This document shows positions 9,710-21,580 of a DNA stretch of 64,000 nt, piece by piece. Position numbers and translations under genes: made by a program. Numbering within the stretch: the stretch's first letter is position 1; each line of letters opens with the position of its first letter. The notes under the pieces were generated by a model, which searched no databases, was not told where the DNA came from, and saw only the letters and a program-made list of their open reading frames with translations. Source of the stretch: Cycas panzhihuaensis (lineage: Eukaryota; Plantae; Cycadophyta); NCBI GenBank assembly GCA_023213395.1, contig CM041465.1, forward strand, positions 162,261,741-162,325,740, written 5' to 3'.

Positions 9710-11999
9710 CCCCATCAACAATCACCTTCGGAAATGTTTCTCCCAATACTGTAATCGTCACCGTAGGATCCACATCAAATGATGGCATAACTTTCTTCAA
9801 ACTTTTTGTAAACCCTTGCTGTAGTATACCTCCCTTGATCCAATCGATCACTTGGTGTAACGGGATGGTTAGTTGTAATTGTTTTACCAAATTCTCTATT
9901 AACAACAACATCCTTGGGATATCTTCCACGGGCAATCCTTTAAACAATTCCTCGATTTACACCATTTGAGGACGATTCTCTGGTTCCTCCAATATCTTTT
10001 CTTTTTCCTTCTGCTTGTTTTTCCTTACATACACCTTTGTAACTTCTGGTTTTCCCATTGGCAACATAGCTTCTTCCCAAGCTAGTTCCTCCACTACTTG
10101 CTTAGCTTGTCGAAATCTATTAATTTTTGTTTGTGGGTTTGGATACCCATCTTCCTCAACTTCTATTTGCTTCCTTTGCAATTTTATATTCTTATTTTCA
10201 GGTATGATCATCATCAAATTGGTGCCTTTTGCTTTTCCCTTACAATCTTCCGTTTTGTGCTCACTTGGTCCACAATTGCTGCACACAAACGGTTTCTGCT
10301 CATACTCCTGTTTAATTGGACATTCTGATTTCCAATGTCCAAACTGTAAACATATTAAACATCTCCCCATTGGCTGTCTCTTTTTGGATGACTCTGGTGT
10401 ACTCCTTGTCGTATACCCATTCTGGGGTGGGTTGCCTCCTCTTCCCCTACCTTGTCCTCTGTATGCGCTTCCTCGTGGATTATAAAAGCAACTTTTAGTT
10501 GTATGGTTATCCACATCACATATGTGGCACTATTTCTTTGATTGGTGTAACACATTATTTTTGGGATTAATGGCACATTCTTTCGTCGTATGTGAACTCT
10601 CTTCGCAAATATGACACCATTTTTCCACATGATCCTTCTTTTTCTTTGTTGTTTCTTCTTCCCTACTGTTTCTCGTTTTTAGCCTTGCTACCTCTTTTCT
10701 TAAGGCTTCAACTTCTGATTCCTCTTCTGATACTCCTACTTGAAAGAAGGGTCGATTATGTTGATTTTGTTTTATTTCCCTAATTTCTACCTGCAACCTC
10801 AATAGGAGAGGGTCGTGTCCTCTCGCCTGGGCATCCATTTCCATTTCGAAGTCAAATGCCAAATCCTGAGCATTCTTAAAAGACTTCAATGGGTGTGCTT
10901 GTATCATAGACCTTAGTTTCTCTTTTAGCCCTTTGACGAAATAATTCTTCATATTGTGATCCGTCACTATTTCGTTTATCATGTTCGTTGCAATAAATTT
11001 CATTCTACTGATATAGGTCAGTACTGATTCACCAGGTCTTTGCTTTATCTCCCTCAAAGCAATTTCCACTGCCTCATTGCTTCTAAATTTCTGAAATCTT
11101 TCCTCAAAAGATTTCTTGATCTTAGCCCATGATTCATTCTTGTCTATTTCTTTGTACCATGCCAATCGTACTCCCCTCAATGTACATGCAAATCTCGCTT
11201 TGATCTCATCTTCATTCGTAATCTTCTTCACGTCAATCAAATTCTGAAATAGGTATGCATGCTCTATCTCGCAAGTGTCATTGAAGATCAGCTTCCCAAA
11301 ATCTCTATAGTCGTCCATCCTTGGCGACTGCACTAGCGTTCCACTTGCTAGAGATTCCCTGCTTTGTTTTTCCTCCAAAGATTTTGTCTCTTCTTCTTCA
11401 CCCTTTCCTTCTGGGGGTGTGTTTGGAGTACTTCCAGCGATATTATCTTTTCCAAATAATGGATTCTGAAAAGTTGTTTTCAGGTGTATAGGTTTCAACA
11501 CACGTGGCACTTGTATCGTTACAAATGATTGATTAGACCCTTTGTCTGTCAAATCCTCAAAAAGCTGCCTTGTTAATTTGTTTATCCAATATGCCGAGGG
11601 ACCTTCCTCTACCTTCTTTTCGTTATCACTTAGGTCCTTCGAGGTGTGCTCCTTTGGTATACTCTCCTTTTCCCTTAGGGTATCCTTATGTTCCTTACTT
11701 ATTTTTGGTTTTTGTTCCCATTCTGGGCTAAACAAATCATCCTTAATTGGGGCTGGTGTTAATAGCATTTGTTCGCCCTTATTCTCCTCATTCTCCTCCT
11801 GAGATGTCTGGGCTCCACTTGCCTCAGCTTCTTCAACGGACTGTCCTCTAGTGTCGTTGTTTTGCGAACTTAATCTCCTCGCCCTCCTTAATTTTGACTC
11901 CTTTGCCCAACGTAATGCTCTTTGTCTACTGGTTTCTTTCCCCTTTGGTGAAGTATCCTTTTGAAGCTCCTCCGTCCTGGAAGGCCTTTTTGGTGGCAT
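9710..11999 (-). pseudogene. gag: Gypsy Gag (Retrotrans_gag core, four CCHC knuckles) plus N-terminus of an aspartic protease (VIVDG); one frame with two in-frame stops
   Basis: ORFs 10530-11999, 9957-10514 and 9666-9947 are all in one frame. Motifs: LREIKQRPGESVLTYISRM; CHICEESSHTTKEC, CHICDVDNHTTKSC, CLICLQFGHWKSEC, CSNCGPSEHKTEDC. Confidence 0.88.
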
Positions 12000-12121
12000 T
12001 GGAAGGTCCCCTGGCTGCCGGAGGCTTAGTTCTGACCGCCATCACGACCTTGATCGGGGTCCTCGCCCTTTACACATTCCTCTTTTTGAGACTCACAGGC
12101 CTGTCCTCCTCAATGGACGTG

Positions 12122-12133
12122 AGCAATGAACCA
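12122..12133 (-). promoter_or_regulatory. Non-Met PBS (TGGTTCATTGCT, resembles the tRNA-Glu complement)
   Basis: 1 nt after the LTR end TCAACA on minus. A near-identical motif lies at 43456-43468. Confidence 0.55.
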
Positions 12134-12134
12134 A

Positions 12135-12930
12135 TGTTGACTTGGGAGATTATCTTATTACACTTATGAGATAAACACACTTGTCAATTGCAGTTATAGT
12201 CTAGTTAAGGATACAACAACATATCATCACAAAAGTACACATGCTCCTTTTTCACTTCATACCACATAACATAATCATGCAATAACACGGAATTCAGTAC
12301 ACATTCAGCCATATAACACATACAATATCAATTCCACGTAACTCTTCTTTCCATTAAGTAATAAGTTTGATTACACAGAGGGCTGGAATGCATTCCTGTG
12401 CATTCCAGCAGCATACACACTTCTGTTACATGCGTACCCAGGTGGTACTCGTCATTATACACGGCTCTAATTGGCTGTCATACGTACTGGCATGCGCACC
12501 ATTGTGTACCCTGAATATTCAGCTCTCACCCTAACCGAATGGTCCTTGCAAGCGTCCTTAAATGTGCCTCTTTGTACCTTTTTGGCTGAAGGGTTATGAC
12601 TGTCTGTCATAACCGTACCCCTCCAATCAAGCGTACCTTTTCATTAATCATTGGTTACACCTTAACCAATGCCTTAATCCTGTCTGTACATCCGTACGTA
12701 CGTCTGGCAACTCCCCAGGCTCCCACTGGTCCCATACTGTCATGCGTACCGCTTCTGTCTATTTTCATTCTGCCGATGGTACGTATCTGTGTTGCGTACC
12801 CGTTCTAGGTACGCACCTATCATACATACCCAGAATGCTAGTTTTTTCCACTGTTTTGCCTCGTGCGTACCTCTGTACGGTCCGTACCTGCACATCCAGG
12901 GTTATCCAGCCTACCTCTGGTCTTCTAACA
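12135..12930 (-). repeat. 5' LTR of Gypsy G1
   Basis: TG...CA ends with a short terminal inverted repeat; adjacent to the PBS; Copia RT resumes right after 12930. Confidence 0.8.
12434..12887. promoter_or_regulatory. Homotypic cluster of 17 GTAC motifs (13 in CGTAC context) in the G1 LTR
   Basis: GTAC at 12434, 12445, 12484, 12506, 12574, 12615, 12633, 12686, 12694, 12698, 12746, 12779, 12796, 12809, 12867, 12875 and 12884. Confidence 0.6.
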
Positions 12931-14096
12931 GCCATATGATTCAAAATATACCCCAACAAGGGGCACTTGGTTTGTCGCTTGAAAAAGGCTTTGTATGGCT
13001 TGAAACAAGCTCCTCAGGCATGGTACTCCAAAATTGATGATTATTTTTTGAGACATGGTTTTCATCGATCCACATCAGACCCTAACTTATACATCAAAGT
13101 TGAGAAAGACCATGCTATCTTTATTGTCTTGTATGTTGATGGCTTAGTTATCATTGGTAATGACACTAAGATGATACACATTCTTTAGGATGATTTGAAG
13201 AGAACTTTTGAGATGATAGATCTTGGACTACTACATTAGTTTCTAGGTTTTGAGGTATGGCAACAGCTTGGCTCTATCTTCATATCCCAAGCAAAATATT
13301 CTTGGGACATTTTGCAGTGGTTCAGGATGTATGACTACAAACCAGCACCAACGCCTATGGAGAATGGAACAAAGCTTACTCTTAATGAGGAAGCTGAACT
13401 TGCAGATTCCACTCTTTACTGACAGTTGATTGGTAGCCTCATTTATCTCACCAACACTCGACTGGATATTTCATTTGTAGTTGGGATTTGCTCTAGATAT
13501 ATGTCTCAACCCAATCAGAAACATTGGAATGCAGCAAAATGCATACTTAAATACATCAAAGAAACATTGCAGCATGGATTCAGTATGCACATAATGAGGA
13601 CTTCATCTTAAAAGGATTCTTAGATTCTGATTGGGCAAGTTGTTAGGATAGCCGGAGATCCACCTCAAGTTACTGTTTTACTCTTGGTTCAGGAGTTGTT
13701 TCGTGGAGTTTCAAGAAGCAACCCAATGTTACCTTGTCCTCCACTGAAGCAGAATACAAAGTTGTTGTTAGCGCAGCTTGTGAGACTATATGGCTACGGC
13801 AGATTCTTGAAGAGCTTAGACTTGAGCAAAATCACCCCACTAGGATATATTGTGACAATCAAAGTGTACTCAAGTTGGCCAAGAATCTAGTCATTCATGC
13901 ACGGACCAAACACATCGAGGTTCATCATCACTTCATCAGAGAGCATGTGCAGAATGGTGAGATCAACCTCTAGTGCAAACCCTCTGAGAGGAGCGGGGCA
14001 ATAGATATCTTTACCAAGCCTCTTGTTAGAGAAAAATTTGTAAAATTCAGAGATGGTCTTGGCGTCCGACTTAACATTGTAAACAGTAAGGGTGGG
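12931..14096 (+). pseudogene. pol: Copia D RT (C-terminal part) and RNase H, ending in a PPT
   Basis: LVCRLKKALYGLKQAPQAWY, LYVDG, SSTEAEY, CDNQS, ARTKHIEVHHHFIRE; PPT AAGGGTGGG. Confidence 0.92.
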
Positions 14097-14644
14097 TGTT
14101 AAACCTAATGTTTACATGTTAAGTATGTACTTTATTCTTTTATTCTTTCATTCATTATTTTGTACTTTATGGGGTGACTAATCACTTAAGTGATAAAGTG
14201 CACACCCACTTTCATCCTAGTGACATAACATTGTAACTAAAGGGTCAAATAGACCCTCATGCATCTTTGCTCACTTGAGAGCCTAATGGACACATGTCCT
14301 TCATGCATGACATGCAAGCCATGCATTGCATGTACCTTGGATGTTTGCCACTTGTCAAATATCCAACAGTGTTAGGTAACCTCAATTACTCTATATATTG
14401 AGACCTCTCTTCATGTCTCACATGTAAAGTTGAAGTGTAATGTTATGCTACCAATTTGCTAATCAATTGGTATTCTTTGGAGTAAGACTAATTCCTCCTC
14501 ACACTTTGGTATCATCTTGCTCCCTTGATCTTGGTCTTGTTTATCTTAGTTTTGTTCTTATGTTTTTTAGAACTGGAGGAAAACTATCTTCATGATCTTG
14601 TTTTTATAGGTCTTAGGCATTCTAATCCTTTGGCCTTCTCAACA
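14097..14644 (+). repeat. 3' LTR of Copia D
   Basis: TGTTAA after the PPT through ...CTCAACA. Coding sequence of another Copia resumes at 14645. Confidence 0.8.
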
Positions 14645-16373
14645 GAGTCCCCTTGCATATATGAACCAGGAGAATGCTCCCACTCAAAAGATGAAGTGAC
14701 CACAAATAGATCCAAAGACCACCTATGGCATCAACGCCTAGGTCATTTGAATATGCAAAGCTTGAACCTCATGTCTAGGCTCAAAATGGTTTATGACCTA
14801 CCCAAAATCAAGAGATATCAGAACATATGTGAGGCCTGCCTAAAGGGAAAGCAATCAAGAGAAAAATTCCCTTCCAAGAATGCATAGAGAGCTTCATGAC
14901 CATTAGAGTTGGTACATTTTGACATTTGTGGCCCTATGTCCACCCAATCTCTTAATGGTAGCTGGTACTTCATTACCTTCATAGGTGACTTCTTATAAAA
15001 AGTATGGGTCTACTTCTTGAGAAACAAATATCAAGCCCTGGATAGATTCAAAGAGTTCAAAGTTACTGCTGAAAACGAAAGTGGGATGAGAATCAAGACC
15101 CTTAGATCTGATAATGGTGGTGAATATATTTCAAATCAGTTCAATAATGTTTGCAAATAACATGGCATCTTGCATTAATTTTTTGCTCATCACACAACCC
15201 AGCAGAACGGTGTAGTTGAAATGATGAATCAGACTTTGATCAATAAAGGAAAAGCCATGCTTAGTGCAGCTAACCTTGCCACTAGATTTTGGGTTGATGC
15301 CATTGCCACAACTGCTTACCTAACCAACATAAGTTCCACAGTTGCAGTTAGAAACATTACTCTCAAAAAGCTTGGTCAGGTCAGAAACCATCTGTAGCTC
15401 ACTTACGGATCTTTGGATGCACGACATACAAACATGTCCCAAAGGATAATAGGAAGAAGCTTGATGATAAGAGCCTTAAGTGCATCTTCCTTGGCTATGT
15501 ACTTGGTTGCAAAGCCTATAAAGTCTTTGACACAGTTGGTAACCAAGCTTACATAACTCAGGACGTAATCTTTGCTGAAGAACCACAGAAACTGACACCT
15601 CCTCCACATTAGATTGTAGTAGAAGATGAAGTTCATGTGTCACAAGTGACCCTTGGACAAACTTTGGAGCCACCTGTACCAACTTACTCCTATTCTCCTG
15701 GTCCATCATCAATTCCTACAGCTTCTTTGTCATCCACTCAAGTGAGCACAAATTTGCCTCCCATATCAATTGATGACCTTTGGGTAGAAGCCACCAGCTT
15801 TCAGCCACCTCCTAAGTTGGTACAACAACTTTTAAAGGATGCTCCTCTTCCTCCCATAACTATAAAGAGGTCTTCCAAGATGAGACACTCTGTAAATTTT
15901 GCCCTCATGGCACGTGTCCTTGAAGATCCTGAGCCTTTCGTGTTTGAGGAGGAATCAAAGACCAAATGTGGAAAGCAACTATGGATGAAGGGATGAATTC
16001 TATCTTAAAAAATGACACTTGGGGGTTGACTGAATTGCCACTTGGGAAGAAAGCAATTGACTATAGATGGCTATATAAGACAAAGTTTCATGTAGATGGC
16101 ACCATAGAGTATTACAAAGCTCGACTTGTTGCAAGAGGTTTCAAACAACAGGAAGGAATTGACTATGATGAGACCTTTGCACTGGTTGCCAACATTGAGA
16201 TCCACCATCACTTCATCTGTGGGCATATCCAAAACAGAGAAGTTGATCTCATCTACCATCCTACTGAAGACTAGGTTGCAAACATCTTCACTAAAGCACT
16301 TGGTAAACTAAACTTTGAATGGTTTAGATTTGACCTTGGCATCCAAAGAAATGAAGTTGTTATTAAGGGAGGG
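14645..16373 (+). pseudogene. pol: Copia C pol fragment (GAG-pre-integrase, integrase, RT N-terminus fused by deletion to RNase H end)
   Basis: LWHQRLGHLN...CEACLKGKQ, DICGP, LRSDNGGEY, KARLVARGFKQQEGIDYDETFA|NIEIHHHFI. Confidence 0.9.
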
Positions 16374-16729
16374 TGTTAAAACTTTCTAATATCTCTTTCA
16401 TTTCTTCATACCTTTGTATGCTAACGTTTATATTGTACAAAAGGACCCTTTTATGTAATTAAATCACATTGGATAGTGAGGTCAGGTCCAACTCTTGTGC
16501 CGCTAAGTTGGCTTATCCCAATGCATTGTAATCTTGGCTGACGGCTATAAATATTGCCCCGCACCTTTGTACTTTATGTTGGATTGTGATTAATGCGGAA
16601 GCTCTACTCGAGAGAGAGCCTATGGTGTGGCAAATTCACCTGTACCATTGCATGCTCATATGTTTTGCTTATTTGCTTGATTTGTTGAATATTTGTCAAT
16701 ATTTTGCTCATTATACTTGAATCAGGGTA
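16374..16729 (+). repeat. 3' LTR of Copia C, truncated about 28 nt before its end
   Basis: Follows PPT AAGGGAGGG. It is the reverse complement of 19625-19980. Confidence 0.88.
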
Positions 16730-19700
16730 ACTATCTACTTGTCTCCATCAACCTATATAAACTAACATATATGAAGTATTTTATGCACATCTTCATATCT
16801 TCACCTGTGTGGTGGCTGCTTTCAATCTCTATTAAGTTGTCCATCAAATCAAGCAAAATGATATCTGAGTCCATATAAAATAATATCCATCTACTGAAAT
16901 ACATGGGTGACTAATCATTGTAATCGCCAGTTTACTAGGAAATTGCTTCAAATACATGGTTCATCATCTTTCCAAATTGCTTGTAGGATTGTGTCAAAGT
17001 TTTATCAGCTGGATTAAGTCGACAGCTAGATCATCTTGAACAATCAACTCTAGGACCATGCCGAACTACATAGCCATGGTAAGTTAATCGTAATAAGGCA
17101 ATTGTACTAACTAAATAACATAAACTGCTTTAATAACTAGGTGATTTGTATGTTTGGTTAGGGTTTTTGTCATCCGCTAAACCAAATGTGATGTTGCCAA
17201 GGGGGAAATGAAAGACCAACATATCAAGGATGTCTCATATGATAAATCCATCAAATATTTCTCACTTAATAAGAGTTTTTCAACTGAAATGGGCCTCAAA
17301 ATGTCATAAATGGACCTCAAAATGCTTGATTTTAAAACAAACTATAATAATTATCCACCATTCCTCAAAAATAAGTTCACCATCATGTTCAGAGCCATGA
17401 AAAATATTGAAATTGACTGAATTTTTTTATGAACTGATATGAAATTCATCAAAAATGAGATTTGGAGCCTTCGCATCAATTTTACCTTGATTTTTTTCTA
17501 TCTTCTGCTATCCAAAGCAGGTCGTGTGACCACTCCCTGTGACCGTCTCAAAGTCTTCTTTCCAACACAACTAATGACACCTAATTCTGATATACGAGTG
17601 ATGAGATATGCTGCAAAACGTGCCATATGGCATGAAAAAGTGTGTTATCCTTTAGAAAATGAAAGCGGATCTGAAAATTCAATCAAATTTCAAATATTAT
17701 TTTTGAAAAAACAAAAACTATCCAATTCAATTTATTGAGATTTGAAGTCTTCCCCCTAATAGCATAGCCCCAAGTCATATTGACATTCTATGTAACCCTC
17801 TATAAACGGATTTGAAAATTTTATATAATCCAATTAAATTAAACAAACCAAACGCAAAAAAAATTTTTTAGGGTTATGAAAATTCGTCTTCTACAAATTC
17901 GATGGTCTATGTTTCTCCAACTCCAAATCTCAAATCTGTGCGTCCGGATCTCAAATCTGTGTCTCCAAGTATGTGTGATGAAGGTCGATATCAATCGTGT
18001 GCAGAGATCGAGTATACAACAATCTGTTCAAATTGTCGTCAACTCTGGGCATAATTCTTCTCACAGGTGCACCTCTGTTTAACTGTGTAGGGTGTGGACA
18101 TCTATATTAATTTTCGTAGGGTTATCTGAACCTATATGCTTGACGGGCAGCTGGTTATTGAAATGAACCTTACAATCGATTGATGGAGAGAAAGGAGAGA
18201 GGACACGATAAAGTGTTTGGCAATGTTTGTCCGTGGTGACCCATATTTAGTTCTCGTGATCCACGTGACCATTGGTTCCTATTTTCACATGAGGTTTCTC
18301 TCTCTAATTTCTTCTGGTAGCTCTTACAGTGAACCAGAACGATCTGTTGGTGTTGAGCAAGGAAGAAGAATGATCTTTGAAACCCTAGGGTAACTAATGT
18401 TGTTGGAAAATGCAAGGGATGAGCTCAACATTTTGGGTTTCAGAGCAAATGAGACTATACCTTGTGTCGAATCCATAGATTTCACCATCAATGATGGAAC
18501 CATCGGTGTCGCTGATATTCCATCGTAATTGCCATTTCTTCTCTGTTAAAACTGCCTCTTCTCAAAATTCGCCGACTCAAACATCTCCAGATCTGCAACT
18601 CAAAGAGGGCGTCGATCTCCATAGCCGTGTGTGGGGCCATGGCAAGGCAATAGGCATTCAAACGCAGGTCTTGAGTGGTATGTGAGCCACTTGTCTTCGA
18701 TTTGAATGGCGAGTATCAATAGCATTTATCTAGCAGTTATTTATTCTTATGTTGTGTGGCTATGGAGGGCGCTGAATAAATTGGACAGGCAGCTCAATGT
18801 GGAGGTCTGTTGTCTCACATTTTTTGGGTGTAAAGGTCTGAAGAGTAAGGCATGCTTATTGTTGTGAAAGCGAGAGCTCCTATATAGGGCATCCATTAAT
18901 CAAACCAAGGGTGTTGGGCATAATCATCCTCCATCCTTGACTTAGGGTTTCAATTAAACTGTAAAAAAATTTCAACCATATATCATATATCACTCATATA
19001 GAGTGCTCTTAATATCTCAATATATCACATACTACTGTAGTTCTTTTATCTCAAGTTATCATATAACCATAGCCACCATAATAAATTCATACTATAATAA
19101 AATAAACATGCCTCCAATGCTAACCTTAAATATAATCATGTCCTTATATGTCTCAATCATTTCATGTTGCAATAAAATCTTGTCCTTATATGTCTCAAGC
19201 ATTTCATGTTGCAATAAAATCTGCCACATACCTTTTATATTGTCATTAAAATACGTGTCAACAGGATGTTATATAGGCCTACTTCCTGTTACCGATGGGT
19301 TTTCCTCATATGGATTGATTTGAGTACCTGCATGCTTCAAATATAGGCCTACATGCATGAATGATTGTCCACAATAAAATCACATATTAACATACCATCA
19401 GTATCGGTTGTATCTCCTGTATGTGGCTTGATTGACTTCATCCATCCTATAAATGGTCGTGCATTTCACTAGCATATGCATATAATTGGCTCATTGAAAA
19501 CTTCTTCATGAATGACTCCTGTCATAGACTCAATAGGCTTAAAGTAGGATCTTCACCTCACCATAGCAGCTTGGATGCAACACTGCTCTGATACCATGTG
19601 AAAACGTCAGGATCTAAATACATGTACCTTGATTCAAGTATAATGAGCAAAATATTGACAAATATTCAACAAATCAAGCAAATAAGCAAAACATATGAGC

Positions 19701-19980
19701 ATGCAATGGTACGGGTGAATTCGCCACATTGTAGGCTCTCTCTCGGGTAGAGCTTCTACATTAATCACAATCTAACATAAAGTTCAAAGGTGCATAGCAA
19801 TATTTATAGCCATCCGCCAAGATTATAATGCATTGGGATAGGCCAACTTAACGGCACAAGAGGTGGACTCGACCTCACTATACAATGTGATTTAATTACA
19901 TAAAAGAGTCCTTTTATACAATGTAAACATTAGCATACAATGGTGCAAAGAAATGAAGGAGATATTAGAAAGTTTTAACA
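16730..19980 (-). mobile_element. Inverted 5' part (LTR 19597-19980, PBS 19585-19596, ~2.85 kb leader) of a Copia C-family element
   Basis: The minus-strand LTR TGTTAAAACTTTC...TTTTCACA is followed by TGGTATCAGAGC and is homologous to 16374-16729. Confidence 0.85.
19134..19222 (+). repeat. 42-bp tandem duplication
   Basis: aatc(a/t)tgtccttatatgtctcaa(t/g)catttcatgttgcaataa, two copies. Confidence 0.9.
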
Positions 19981-20309
19981 CCATATAGAGTTATGCACTG
20001 AATATATGTATCAACTAGAATAGCAATAAATGATACAACCAATATGGATTTTATAGCAATTAACCTCCTCAAGGCAAGGTGTCCTCCTAATAACCATCCC
20101 AACCAGGAACACAACTTCTAAAGTTGAGTACTCATAGACATTGTTGATGTACAAAATGAGGGAAAGACACCCTATTTATAGGAATAATGAATGATATAGA
20201 TAAAAGTCAGTCTTAGAGAGGAGAAAAGTCAGTTTTCATTAGGAGGGAATAAATAGAGAATTGAGAGAAATCAACCCTATATATATAGAGAGAAGAATTG
20301 CTACAAAGT

Positions 20310-21580
20310 TATTAAAGTTGTATTGAAGCAATAAGGATGAATGGTGGCCCATTAAAGTAAAAAATGAATCTAATGAAACAAATGTGTTTCATTTTTGGCA
20401 AAGAATTGTTGGTAGTGATTCAGGCTATGAAGACCTGGAAATACAATTTGAAGGGTAATGAGTTTGAGGTCTATACAAATCACAAACCTTTATTTCACTT
20501 TGCTTTGAAAGGAGAGCTATATTCTCGACAATACCAATGGGTAGTCTTATTGCAGGAATAACACCCAAAGATTATGTACAAGCCAAGGAAGCATAATGAG
20601 GATGTTGATGTTTTCTCTCTAGTTTGCTTTGCTAGTGCCATATTTGTTCAACATGCTACTTTGGAAGGACAAATGTAATAGGCACATCGCTTTGATCCTT
20701 GATGTAAGGATATTTTATTATCGCTCAAATAGTTGCCAATGTATCTAGGGAATTTCTTGGTGAGAAATGATTGCCTATGAAATAAAGACAAGTTTGCAAT
20801 TCCTAATATTTATGAACTATGTGGACTTGTTCTTTATGAAATACATGATAGTCCAATTCATGCTAGTGGGGAAAAGACCTACTAGATGGTTGAGAGGTAA
20901 GTATATTAGAAGGTTATAAAAAAAGACAATATGGATTATGTCAACACTTATTTGAAATGTCAAGTTAATAAGGCAAAGGATGAAAAGCCAATTTATTACC
21001 GGCTTTGACAATACTTGTGTGAAAATAGCATAGCATTTTTATGGACTTTATAACCCATTTGCCCAAAATACAAAAGTGACATGATCAAATCCTAGTTACA
21101 ACAGATCAACTCATAAACTTGATAAGTGCTTTGGATAGAATTCTTTAAGGATTTGGAGAGTCAGTTATGTTTCACTTATGGGGATCATCTTCAAAGTGAT
21201 GGCTAAATAATATGAGTTAATCAAGTATTGGAGGACATGTTAAAGGCACATGTTGTGGAACATTAGATTGCTTGGGAGGAGAGGTTATCTGTAGTGGAGT
21301 TCTCCAACAACAATAATGTGCAATCGTCCTTGAAATTTTTTCCATTCAAGTCAATATTGGGTCATGATTTAACAACTCCTCTTATTCTTGATAGTTCAAA
21401 CCAAGGTGCAGTCAGCTAATGAAATGTAAGAAGATGTGGAAGATATAATAACTAGCTACAAGGAAATTTTGAAATAGGCCTAGGGGTCTACATAACGAAA
21501 TTTATGTAGACCTACACTAGACACTACGAGTTTTTGAAGTGGATGAATATATTTTTCTAAGTGTCACAAGAGGGAACTCC
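20310..21580 (+). pseudogene. pol: Highly decayed Gypsy RNase H-integrase fragment
   Basis: KELLVVIQAMKTWKYNLKGNEFEVYTNHKPL, EIHDSPIHASG, MDFITHLPK, H(L)QSDG, NQVLEDML motifs. Confidence 0.75.

Larger units (their letters stand above)
9710..12930 (-). mobile_element. Ty3/Gypsy element G1, 5' half (LTR, PBS, gag, start of protease); non-chromovirus type is tentative
   Basis: LTR 12135-12930 (TGTTAG...TCAACA on minus), PBS TGGTTCATTGCT, then the gag ORF. It is inserted into the RT of Copia D at 12931. Confidence 0.85.

Noticed and set aside
10015-10485. 156-aa plus-strand ORF and similar antisense ORFs over gag-pol regions (e.g. 23725-24231)
   Set aside because: Shadow frames of retroelement coding sequence with no recognisable domain.
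9957-10532. Programmed readthrough at the two in-frame stops of G1 gag
   Set aside because: The TAG replaces Trp of the repeated KWCHIC motif and the TAA fits CAA>TAA. Both fit deamination decay.
7659-14644. LTRs at 7659 and 14097 as the two ends of one element
   Set aside because: They share only the first ~20 nt, and the remainder does not align.
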